Assembly: GCA_963664305.2 (NCBI GenBank)
Contig: CAXXLV010000001.1
Span: forward strand, 192,001 to 256,000
DNA length: 64,000 nucleotides
Direction: 5' to 3'
Source: an uncultured Aliarcobacter sp.
GTDB taxonomy: Bacteria > Campylobacterota > Campylobacteria > Campylobacterales > Arcobacteraceae
This document shows, piece by piece, positions 53,801-62,454 of this stretch (its first letter is position 1; each line of letters opens with the position of its first letter). The position numbers were made by a program, and so were the translations under genes. The notes beneath the pieces are model-generated. The model searched no databases and was not told the DNA's origin. It was given only the letters and a program-made list of their open reading frames with translations.

Positions 53801-53810
53801 AATTTACTCC

Positions 53811-54146
53811 TTATTTTGCTTTTGTCAAGTTTTTTTCATTTGTATCTATGATATCTTTCACAGATAATTCATCTAACATAACTTGTATTTTTTCTTTGTT
53901 ATATTTAAAATCAAATTCATTTCTTTTATTTTCAAGACTAAACAAACTTATAATTAATGAAAGCATCATATTACTTATGCCTTTTAAAATTATCGTTACT
54001 AAAATTATACCTAATAACATCTCTGTTGGAGTAAATAATTCTGCATTAATTGTAAAAAATATTAAAGTTGCAAAAAAACCAGTAGCTATATAAAGTCTAA
54101 AGATGCCACTATTTATTACTGTTTGAGAGAATCGTTCTATTATCAT
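53811..54146 (-). CDS. Hypothetical two-TM membrane protein
   Basis: Two hydrophobic segments plus a charged helical tail; sits inside the flagellar cluster. Confidence 0.7.
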   Translation of the reverse strand: MIIERFSQTVINSGIFRLYIATGFFATLIFFTINAELFTPTEMLLGIILVTIILKGISNMMLSLIISLFSLENKRNEFDFKYNKEKIQVMLDELSVKDIIDTNEKNLTKAK

Positions 54147-54209
54147 ATAATATCTTTAACAATAAAAATAAAAATTATTGAAGCTAAATTTAGCACTTAG
54201 AACAAACCT

Positions 54210-55028
54210 TTAATGAATATTTTGTAATATTTTATCGATAATTATATGCAACTGCCTAGTCGTTTCATCTGTTGAAAACTCATTAACAAACAACTTTCTT
54301 AAACGTCCAGTTGTTGAAATATTTGCTGAAGTTGAAACGTTTCCTATATATTCTACCATAAAATCTTCTCTTAAACTATTTTTTTTTCCTAAATTTACTA
54401 AAGAATTGGCAATAGTTTCTCCAATTTGATGAGTTCTTGTGTGATTAAAACATAACATTAATTTATTTTTATCTAAAGATAACATTTTCATTAAAGAATA
54501 AACATCTGTTAAAGCACTTGGGTCAGTTGTTGTAATTGCTAAAATATTATCAGATACTGATAAAAATTCTCTAACATAATCATTTAATCCAGCACCCGTA
54601 TCTATTAATAAAATGTCATACCTATTAAGTGCTAATATATCTTTAACTATTCTTGAGAATAAAAAACTATTTTTATTAGAAGTATATTGATATCCACTTT
54701 TTCCAGCTATTAGTGAAACATTTTCATAAATTGTTTTAGTAATTACTTCATCTAAAGTTTTAATACCATTTATATATTCAAAAAGTGTATTTTGAGGTTT
54801 TAAATCAAATAATACTTGCATATTTGCAAGACCAATATCTGCATCTAAGACTGCAACATTAAATCCTCTACGAGCAAGTAAAAAAGCCATATTTGCTGTT
54901 ATTGTTGATTTTCCAACTCCACCTTTTCCTGAAGTAATTGTTAAAAGTTTTGTTTTAGAGTAGTTTTTTTTTACCCCACTTGTAAGTTTTACTAATTTAC
55001 TAGCTTGAGAAGATATAGTATCAAACAC
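54210..55028 (-). CDS. flhG: MinD-like flagellar number regulator
   Basis: TSGKGGVGKS, DADIGLAN, IDTGAG, DPSALTD.Y; directly after flhF. Confidence 0.93.
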   Translation of the reverse strand: MFDTISSQASKLVKLTSGVKKNYSKTKLLTITSGKGGVGKSTITANMAFLLARRGFNVAVLDADIGLANMQVLFDLKPQNTLFEYINGIKTLDEVITKTIYENVSLIAGKSGYQYTSNKNSFLFSRIVKDILALNRYDILLIDTGAGLNDYVREFLSVSDNILAITTTDPSALTDVYSLMKMLSLDKNKLMLCFNHTRTHQIGETIANSLVNLGKKNSLREDFMVEYIGNVSTSANISTTGRLRKLFVNEFSTDETTRQLHIIIDKILQNIH

Positions 55029-55030
55029 TA

Positions 55031-56182
55031 TTATCTCCTAATACATTGATTATTCATAAAACAATCAATTAAAAAAGAAGAATCTGAAACAATTAAATCA
55101 TCAGGAACATTTTGACCAATTGAAAAATATGTAATTGATTTTTTTGTTTTATGTGCAAAAGATATCAAGTTTCCAAAACTTTTTGTTTCATCTAATTTTG
55201 TAAATGTTAAATAATCAATTGATAATCTTGAATAATTTTTATAAATCTCAAGTAAATCACTATGTTTAACATTTGCAGGAAGAACTAATATTTTTTCTAT
55301 TGGTAACTCTTCTACTCTTTTTTGATATTCATTTATTAGTTCAATTTTATCAATATCATATTGACTAGATCCTGCTGTATCAATAAAAATATAATTACAA
55401 TCTTTTAATCTTAAAAGTGCTTCAGATAAACCTTCAGGTTTTTTTACTATTTCTAAAGGTAATCTCATAATATTTGTATATGCTTGTAACTGCTCAATTG
55501 CTCCAACTCTAAAAGAGTCTAAAGTTACAATCCCTACTTTATAATTTTGTCCTAATTTATAAGCATATCTTGCTGCAAGTTTTGAGATAGTTGTTGTTTT
55601 TCCAACACCAGTTGGTCCAACCATCATTATGATTTTTCTTTGATGTTTTCTTAAAGGAACTTCATGTTTTATTGGAATTACTCTTCTTAGAATTAATTTA
55701 AAAAAATCATTAACTTTTTTTGGATTAGACTTTAATGCAATTGGAAGTTGTTTTATAGTCTTCTTCATAATTGTATAAGTCATTTCTTGATCAAATTCAT
55801 TTTGCTCAAATATATTATACATTGATGCAAATTCAGGAGGAATTGTTAAATCATAAAGTTGACTTTTTGGATTCCAAATTGATTTTTGAACTTGTTCTAA
55901 AACACTTTGCATTTTTAAAATTTCTTCTTTGAAATCATATACTTGTGTTTTAATTGGTTGGGAATTTTCAGATGCTTTACTAATTGCTGATTTTGTATAG
56001 ATTAAATTCTTTTTTTTATCTTCATCTTCAATAGCAACAACAACTTCATACATATCTTTCGATGTACCTTTTGCATTTGCTATTTTTTTTGTTGATATTA
56101 CAATTGCATCTTCTCCACACTCTTCTTGAGCTAATCTTAGAGCAATTGTAGGTGTTTCTCCTAAAAAAGAGAGCATATTCAT
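55031..56182 (-). CDS. flhF: SRP-family GTPase FlhF
   Basis: GPTGVGKTTT.SKLAAR, D.FRVGA.EQL, DTAG, TKLDET, GQ.VPDD. Confidence 0.96.
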   Translation of the reverse strand: MNMLSFLGETPTIALRLAQEECGEDAIVISTKKIANAKGTSKDMYEVVVAIEDEDKKKNLIYTKSAISKASENSQPIKTQVYDFKEEILKMQSVLEQVQKSIWNPKSQLYDLTIPPEFASMYNIFEQNEFDQEMTYTIMKKTIKQLPIALKSNPKKVNDFFKLILRRVIPIKHEVPLRKHQRKIIMMVGPTGVGKTTTISKLAARYAYKLGQNYKVGIVTLDSFRVGAIEQLQAYTNIMRLPLEIVKKPEGLSEALLRLKDCNYIFIDTAGSSQYDIDKIELINEYQKRVEELPIEKILVLPANVKHSDLLEIYKNYSRLSIDYLTFTKLDETKSFGNLISFAHKTKKSITYFSIGQNVPDDLIVSDSSFLIDCFMNNQCIRR

Positions 56183-56574
56183 TTTAATCTTCCATCTTTA
56201 TAAATTTGTTCGATTGTCCCATCTATATTTTTTATACGAATAAATTCGTTATTTTCATAAATGATTTTACCTTTTTTTTCTATTTTAACTCCACCAAAAT
56301 CAAATACAACAGACTCATTTTCATATTTTTTAACATCTTTTGTACAAATAATTGTATTTTGATTTATATAGTGTGTTGTTATGTAATCTCCATTTTGTAA
56401 TTCTGATAATTTTAATGGAATACAATATTTATTTACTTCAGAAACATTTTGTAATTTAACTTTACTACTATCTAATTTTTCTTCATAATTTATTGCTTGT
56501 GTTGATACTAATACACTTACAGCAAATAAATTAACACTTAATAAAAAAGATAGAAAACTAAGCTTTAATATCAA
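56179..56574 (-). CDS. Short exported FlgA-like (P-ring chaperone/SAF-like) protein
   Basis: Signal peptide; V.V...I...E.L, Y...HYI....I, I...GK, IRIKN layout recalls FlgA. Start moved to TTG 56574 behind GGAGG. Confidence 0.5.
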   Translation of the reverse strand: MILKLSFLSFLLSVNLFAVSVLVSTQAINYEEKLDSSKVKLQNVSEVNKYCIPLKLSELQNGDYITTHYINQNTIICTKDVKKYENESVVFDFGGVKIEKKGKIIYENNEFIRIKNIDGTIEQIYKDGRLK

Positions 56575-56935
56575 AAATTCTTCCTCCATTAGCTGCACTA
56601 ATTTCTGAAACTAATTCTTTATACATTTGTTGGACTGGTAAAACAATAGAGGCTAATTTTTTATTTAATTCATAAAGTTCTTTTAGTTGAATTTCAAGAG
56701 AATCAACGCTACTTCTATAAATATTCACATCTACTCCTTCTTGAATTTTTTTCACTAATTCTTGATTTAATAAAGCTTTTAGATTTGTAATCTCATCAAT
56801 TAATACATGTTTTCTATCATTTCTTTTTAATAATTCTTCATGTTTTGCAGCTTTAATATCTGATATATCTTGATTTATTGATTCTTTTAATTCATTTACT
56901 AATGAAGACATTTTATTTACTATATTTTCAACCAT
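56558..56935 (-). CDS. flgN: FlgN-like export chaperone
   Basis: Small coiled-coil protein; DI.DIK.AKHE.L...K...I and L..L...NK.LA pattern of epsilonproteobacterial FlgN-like proteins. Confidence 0.6.
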   Translation of the reverse strand: MVENIVNKMSSLVNELKESINQDISDIKAAKHEELLKRNDRKHVLIDEITNLKALLNQELVKKIQEGVDVNIYRSSVDSLEIQLKELYELNKKLASIVLPVQQMYKELVSEISAANGGRIFDIKA

Positions 56936-56947
56936 GAATGAACCTTT

Positions 56948-57247
56948 TTATTTATTATTTTTACTTAAAAAATCAAATAACATATCACTTATTCCTAATG
57001 TCCCACTTGAACCATCAGCTACAGATTGAATATACATACTCTTGATAATATCTGAACCTGGACTTTCACCTGCAATATTTGTAGAACGTAATGAAACATC
57101 TAATATTTGATTTAAGAAAAATGATTCAAAATCATTACTAACTTTTCTTAATGTTTCTTCATCATTAATATTTTCAGATTTTATATTATCAAACTTTTTT
57201 GTTTGTAAAACATCACTATTGATTAAGTTATTGCTATTTATTTCCAT
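56948..57247 (-). CDS. flgJ: Rod-binding protein (FlgJ N-terminal domain only)
   Basis: L..VS.DFES.F..Q.L, G.DI..SMY...A......GI..ML..FL. Confidence 0.85.
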   Translation of the reverse strand: MEINSNNLINSDVLQTKKFDNIKSENINDEETLRKVSNDFESFFLNQILDVSLRSTNIAGESPGSDIIKSMYIQSVADGSSGTLGISDMLFDFLSKNNK

Positions 57248-58026
57248 TATTCCAACCTATCAAAGAAATTTTCTTCACTTAATATATCTTGTTGATTATC
57301 CTGAGAAAAGAATCTCATTTCAACTCTTCTATTATCAGCTGCAACATCACTTTTTGGATGATAAGAACCATATGCTGAAACTTTTAAAGTTGCTGGATCT
57401 ATCTTATTTTTTATTAATTCTTTTACAACAGAAATTGATCTTAATGCAGAAATATCCCATGCATCTCTTGGTATTTTATCACTAATTACTCTATTTGTAT
57501 CAGTATGACCAATTATTTCTATATTAAATGTTTGAGGCATCGTTCTAATAACCCTTGCAATTTTTGAAATAAAGATTTTTGCACTTTGGTTTGTTAATTC
57601 ATATTGACCATCTTCAAACATAATTGTTGAAGGAATATCCAATGTAAATTCGTTTTTACCTTTTTCTATACTAATTTCTTGAGATTCAATATTTTGATTT
57701 GAATTTAATTCCTCAACCATTTGAGAAACTTCTTGAACACTATTATCAAATGAACTCTCACTTGATTCATTATTATTTTGTGACTCTGAATTTGTACTAT
57801 CTTTTGTAGAATACGAATCACTTTGTGTTTCAACATCTGTTGAAGCATCAATAAATCCCATTGCCTTCTTCATAATATCGAAATATTCTTCAACTTTCTT
57901 TTTATCCATTACTGCCATAGAAAGTAAAAGAATAAAAAAAGTTAGTAACAAAGACATTAAATCCCCAAATTGAACTAACCATCCAGGTAAACATTTTGGG
58001 CATTCAGGACATTTGTTTTTAGCCAT
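57247..58026 (-). CDS. motB: Flagellar stator B subunit (PomB/MotS-like)
   Basis: W..QFGDLMSLLLTFFILLLSM TM; OmpA-like domain GHTD, W.ISA.R, NRRVE. Confidence 0.95.
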   Translation of the reverse strand: MAKNKCPECPKCLPGWLVQFGDLMSLLLTFFILLLSMAVMDKKKVEEYFDIMKKAMGFIDASTDVETQSDSYSTKDSTNSESQNNNESSESSFDNSVQEVSQMVEELNSNQNIESQEISIEKGKNEFTLDIPSTIMFEDGQYELTNQSAKIFISKIARVIRTMPQTFNIEIIGHTDTNRVISDKIPRDAWDISALRSISVVKELIKNKIDPATLKVSAYGSYHPKSDVAADNRRVEMRFFSQDNQQDILSEENFFDRLE

Positions 58027-58035
58027 AATTATACT

Positions 58036-58791
58036 TTATTCTATAACTTCAGTTAAAATTGCATTTAATTGCATTTTTATATTACCAATTGATTCTTCTG
58101 CTGCAATCATTGCTGCACCATGAATTATAACTTCACAAGCTGTAACTTCAACACTATGTTTTTGAGACAACTTATTTTCCATAATTCCAGCAAATAATGT
58201 ACCTAATAATGCTCCATACATTGTTGTAAGTAAGGCAACTGCCATTGCAGGTCCAACAGAAGCTGGGTCAGATAAGTTAGCAAGCATTGCTACAAGACCA
58301 ACAAGAGTTCCAATCATTCCCATAGCTCCAGCTGTTCCACCAATATTTCCAAAAATACTAATCATTACAGAATGTCTTTTTTCCATATGTTCTAATTTTA
58401 ATTCCATTAAAGGTTGTAATACATCTGGTTTAGTTCCATCAACTAATAATTGAAAAGCTTCTTTAAAAAAAGGATTTGTTTCTTGTAATACTTTTTGTTC
58501 AATTTGCATTACACCATGTTTTTTTATTTCTGTTGCATAAAATACAATTTTTTCTACTAATTCTGGTAAAGGCTCTACTTTTACTCCATTCATAGCAATT
58601 TTCATTGCAGGTACAATTCTTTTTAAATCTTTTCCTTCAAACTGTCCAGCAGTAACTGCAATAGTTCCACCAAAAACAATTACAACAGATGGAATATCAA
58701 TATATGGACCAAAACCAACTCCACCTAAAATAATTGCAAGTGCAACTAACGCCCATCCTGCTCCTAAACCACCAACTGTACTCTTATCCAT
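58036..58791 (-). CDS. motA: Flagellar stator A subunit (PomA/MotP-like)
   Basis: D.PS..IVFGGT, AMGMIGTLVGLVAML, GPAMAVALLTTMYG. Confidence 0.95.
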   Translation of the reverse strand: MDKSTVGGLGAGWALVALAIILGGVGFGPYIDIPSVVIVFGGTIAVTAGQFEGKDLKRIVPAMKIAMNGVKVEPLPELVEKIVFYATEIKKHGVMQIEQKVLQETNPFFKEAFQLLVDGTKPDVLQPLMELKLEHMEKRHSVMISIFGNIGGTAGAMGMIGTLVGLVAMLANLSDPASVGPAMAVALLTTMYGALLGTLFAGIMENKLSQKHSVEVTACEVIIHGAAMIAAEESIGNIKMQLNAILTEVIE

Positions 58792-58794
58792 AAA

Positions 58795-59667
58795 TTACAA
58801 TCCTATTTGATTTAATCTTAATTCTTCATTTCCAATTTTTTTAATTTTTAAGCCAAATTTACCTTCAACGATTACAGCTTCACCTTCTCCAATTTTTACA
58901 CCATTTACCAAAATTTCTAAGGGTTCATTTACCATTTGTTCTAATTCTATGATTTCACCAACATCCCATCTTAGAATATCTTTTAATAAAACAACTTTTG
59001 TTCCTAATCTAACACTTAACTTTAATTTTACGTTATAAAGAAGTTCAAGATTTTTTGGAACTTGCATTGACGATACTGAAGCACTACTTACATGCGTAGG
59101 AGAAGATACTACTTGTGCAGGTTTAACTTCAGTTTCAGTAGAGGTAACTACTCCTGTAATAGAAGAAAAAAATGGCAAAATAAATTCATCAAAAGAGATT
59201 ATTATTGGTAATTTCTCATTCTCAAGAGAAATTATAAATTCAAAACAATTGTTTTTTGAAGATAAAATTGAACCTTCAACAATTGAAGCACTTTTTATTT
59301 CTGATTTCAATGAACCAACATCAGGAAGACCTTGAGCATTTACAGCTGTACAAAAACTACCACAAATATTTGAAACAATTTCATTAACAGCATCTGTTAT
59401 TTCATCATCAATGTGCTCTTTCAAATCTCCCATACCACCAAGCATTAAATACTCAAATTTAGTTGCTGTAAGTGTTGGTATATAAAATAATACTTGAGAA
59501 GAAACACCTTTTAAATCAAATTTTACATTACACTCAACCAATTGCGTAGAATCAAAATTCTCATTTACAAGTTTTGAAACTGAATCTACTTGAGAGTTTT
59601 TTGATAATAACTGCTCTAATGTATTTGAAAGTTCATCTTTAAAGATGTTTGATAAATCTGATGCCAA
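58795..59667 (-). CDS. fliY: Flagellar C-ring protein FliY (CheC-like + FliN/SpoA domain)
   Basis: DAVNEIVSNI.GS CheC-like helix; C-terminal L..V.L.LSVRLG...G.IIEL.Q.V.EPL.I.VNG..IG.GE.V.VEG.FG.KI. Confidence 0.85.
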   Translation of the reverse strand: MASDLSNIFKDELSNTLEQLLSKNSQVDSVSKLVNENFDSTQLVECNVKFDLKGVSSQVLFYIPTLTATKFEYLMLGGMGDLKEHIDDEITDAVNEIVSNICGSFCTAVNAQGLPDVGSLKSEIKSASIVEGSILSSKNNCFEFIISLENEKLPIIISFDEFILPFFSSITGVVTSTETEVKPAQVVSSPTHVSSASVSSMQVPKNLELLYNVKLKLSVRLGTKVVLLKDILRWDVGEIIELEQMVNEPLEILVNGVKIGEGEAVIVEGKFGLKIKKIGNEELRLNQIGL

Positions 59668-59676
59668 TTAACTACC

Positions 59677-59991
59677 TTATTCTTTACTGTTTTGTTCTAA
59701 TTCTTGTAAAATATATGCTTTTACTTTCATCATATCCTCAGTTGGATATTTATATTCAGCATCTCCTCGAGTAACTTTCACAAAAAAATCTTTTGAATTT
59801 TTGTTATAACCAAATCTCACATTATCTAGTATAACTTCATTTTTTTCAGCTATATTTTGGTTTCCGATTGATTTTTTATATTCATCATCTTGAATTACTT
59901 TGTTTTTGTCGTTAACTTCGCTAACTTTCTGAACTTTTTCACTATTATTTAATTTTGCATTGTCAATTTCAGCTATTCTTCCAATTTCCAT
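59677..59991 (-). CDS. flaG: FlaG family protein
   Basis: N..FGY......F.VKV.......YP.ED pattern; 104 aa; AGGAG RBS. Confidence 0.7.
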   Translation of the reverse strand: MEIGRIAEIDNAKLNNSEKVQKVSEVNDKNKVIQDDEYKKSIGNQNIAEKNEVILDNVRFGYNKNSKDFFVKVTRGDAEYKYPTEDMMKVKAYILQELEQNSKE

Positions 59992-60022
59992 GAGGTTCTC
60001 CTAAAAATAACAAATATTAATT

Positions 60023-60031
60023 ATTATAGCA
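60023..60031 (-). promoter_or_regulatory. Extended -10 sigma70 promoter upstream of flaG
   Basis: TGCTATAAT on the minus strand, 31 bp before the flaG ATG. Confidence 0.7.
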
Positions 60032-60067
60032 GAAAAAAATTAAATTATTTAAGATTTTTTGGTCAAA

Positions 60068-62065
60068 CTATAGAGATTCTAGGTACTCATCAAATCCAAC
60101 AAGTTTAAAATCTATTAAAGAATCTAAATAAGGTTGAGTTAAAAATTGTTTTGCACTTGATATTTTAAGTTCTTGTATTAACTGTATTGCAGTTAAGAAA
60201 TCTGCATCAGGATCATTTAAAATAGCTTTTATTAATGAAATTTGAATTGAAGCATCATTATATCTTCCTGCTTCTAAAAGTGCTGCAACAATCAAATACA
60301 TTGTATATTTATCTTCTAATTTATATTCACTTTGTAAATATTCCAATGTTTTTATAGTTTCGTCAGGAAGATTGAAATGTAAATCTCTCAATGCTTTTGT
60401 TCTAAGATAAGAAGGAGTATTTTTACCTGTTATTTTTAAATCTGCTTTAGTAAATATTCCCAATGCTTTTAATATATCAATATAATATCTAGTAATAATC
60501 AATGGTCCATCTAAAAAATTGTTATTTAAAGTTAAAGGAATTGAATCTTGTAATCTTGAATGATAAACATAATCACTCTCTTTTTCTCTTCTTTGTACAA
60601 GTCTAATTAAAAATGTTAAAGGATCTTTTATATATTCATCCAATAACGGCTGATTTAATAAAGGTTGATTTTCATTCATTGCCTTTAAAAATTCCAATGA
60701 TTTATAAAAAATTGTATTCTCATAGTTTAATGGTTGATCAGCGAAAGTAAATTGTGGATTTAAAAATAATCTATAAATCTCTTTTCCAAAATAATTATAC
60801 AAACCATTACTAGTTTTAATAGTTGTTTCAATATATTCTTTATCTTTAATTTTTACATTTATTCTATTTGCTGATATTAAAAACATTGTAGAATAAAGTT
60901 TATTTCCTGGATTTAATTTATAGGCTTTTTCAAAATATTTAAAGGCATTGTGAAAATCATTTATCTGAGCACAAGAAAGTGCTAAATTATAATAAATATA
61001 TGATTTTGTATCTTTTGTTAACATTTTTTTTAATTCAGAAACTCTAATAATTGGGTCTTCTTTAACTATCTTTAAAAATTTTGAATTATAATCAACCATC
61101 TCTTCTAAATTTAGAATACTCTCTTTTTGACTATATATAAATCCTTTTACTGTATCATAAATAATTTCTTGAGAATCTGAAAAAATAAAAGGAGCAAAAT
61201 AAAAAATAAAATCAATCTTTCTTGATTCATCAAATTTTAAAACAGAATCAAAATACTGCTTTGAAGTAAATTTATTTTTATTGAAATAAATTTCTAGAGG
61301 TAATTCTATATTAGCTTTAAATGTACTTCTTCTTTCATTTATTAACTCTAATGTTTCTTTTAATTTATCTAATTGATTTAATTTTAAATCTGTAAAACTT
61401 AAAATCCATAAAATTTTATCTAATGTATTTGGATTAACATTTTGTTCTTTTGCTTTTCGTAATAATAATGAAGCTTTTTCATAATCTTTTAGTTTTATAT
61501 AAACAAGTGCTTTTTTTAAATCCATTGTATAATCCATTGAATTTAAAACTTCTAGCGCATTTTCATACTCTTTTAAAATTATATATGTATCAGCCAACAT
61601 TCTTTTAGTATGTTCAGAAAGGTTTTTATATTTTTTAGAAACTTTTACAATAGTATCAAGATACTTATTGTCTTTTGAAATTTGATATAAATAATAACAA
61701 GCTGACATATAAGAAAAAGTATCAGCTTTTACATTATTTTCATTTTCATATATCTTATTTAAATAAACAATTGCATTATCAATTGATCCCAATTTATAAT
61801 ATGCTATTCCCATGTTTAAAAAAGATGGTATTTGAAGTATTTTAGAAGTTTTTTTAAATAATTCTATAGCCTCTTCATACTCATTTTTACTTAAATGTAA
61901 AACTGCTTTATTAAAATCAACTTGTAATGCTAAATTTTCTTGTGATTTTTCTAATTTCTCAAATTGAAAAATTATTTCTGGCTGAGATTCGATTAAATCA
62001 TTAGCATTCAAAATAGAATTAAAAATATAAATAGTAAAAAATGTTTTGAACAATAATTTTATCAA
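60068..62065 (-). CDS. TPR protein, PflB-like motor accessory candidate
   Basis: N-terminal signal/TM; TPRs (FN.AV..L....Y..A; YYNLAL..AQ..DF..A.KYF.KAY.LNP); inside the flagellar cluster. Confidence 0.6.
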   Translation of the reverse strand: MIKLLFKTFFTIYIFNSILNANDLIESQPEIIFQFEKLEKSQENLALQVDFNKAVLHLSKNEYEEAIELFKKTSKILQIPSFLNMGIAYYKLGSIDNAIVYLNKIYENENNVKADTFSYMSACYYLYQISKDNKYLDTIVKVSKKYKNLSEHTKRMLADTYIILKEYENALEVLNSMDYTMDLKKALVYIKLKDYEKASLLLRKAKEQNVNPNTLDKILWILSFTDLKLNQLDKLKETLELINERRSTFKANIELPLEIYFNKNKFTSKQYFDSVLKFDESRKIDFIFYFAPFIFSDSQEIIYDTVKGFIYSQKESILNLEEMVDYNSKFLKIVKEDPIIRVSELKKMLTKDTKSYIYYNLALSCAQINDFHNAFKYFEKAYKLNPGNKLYSTMFLISANRINVKIKDKEYIETTIKTSNGLYNYFGKEIYRLFLNPQFTFADQPLNYENTIFYKSLEFLKAMNENQPLLNQPLLDEYIKDPLTFLIRLVQRREKESDYVYHSRLQDSIPLTLNNNFLDGPLIITRYYIDILKALGIFTKADLKITGKNTPSYLRTKALRDLHFNLPDETIKTLEYLQSEYKLEDKYTMYLIVAALLEAGRYNDASIQISLIKAILNDPDADFLTAIQLIQELKISSAKQFLTQPYLDSLIDFKLVGFDEYLESL

Positions 62066-62074
62066 AATATTAGC

Positions 62075-62404
62075 CTAAACCATTGCATTAACTTGAGCAT
62101 ATAATTCTTCATTTCTTTTTTCTAAATCATCAACTCTATTTTTTAAATTCATATTTTCTAATCTTAATTCTTGTAAATCGTCTCTTGCAACTTGGAGATT
62201 ACCTTGATTATTTTTTAATGTATTTGCACTAATCTTAACTTGTTTTTCATATCTTTCAATAAGGCTCTCTAATTTAGCCATATCTTCTTCTATGATATTT
62301 TTTTCTTCATTTAATTTTCTATATAAAGATTTGTACACATTAGCACTTGAAAAGAAATATAATAATAATACGCCAAGTACTGCAATTAATAAAAAATTTT
62401 CCAA
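62075..62404 (-). CDS. Hypothetical single-TM coiled-coil protein
   Basis: TM LLIAVLGVLLLYFF then ~85 aa of heptad-rich helix; AGGA RBS, TTG start. Confidence 0.75.
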   Translation of the reverse strand: MENFLLIAVLGVLLLYFFSSANVYKSLYRKLNEEKNIIEEDMAKLESLIERYEKQVKISANTLKNNQGNLQVARDDLQELRLENMNLKNRVDDLEKRNEELYAQVNAMV

Positions 62405-62420
62405 AATTATCCTACCAAAT

Positions 62421-62449
62421 TAAATAGAGTAAATTAATTACTCTATTTA
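62421..62449 (-). terminator. Hairpin after flgE
   Basis: taaatagagtaa-attaa-ttactctattta perfect 12-bp stem. Confidence 0.65.
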
Positions 62450-62454
62450 TAAAA

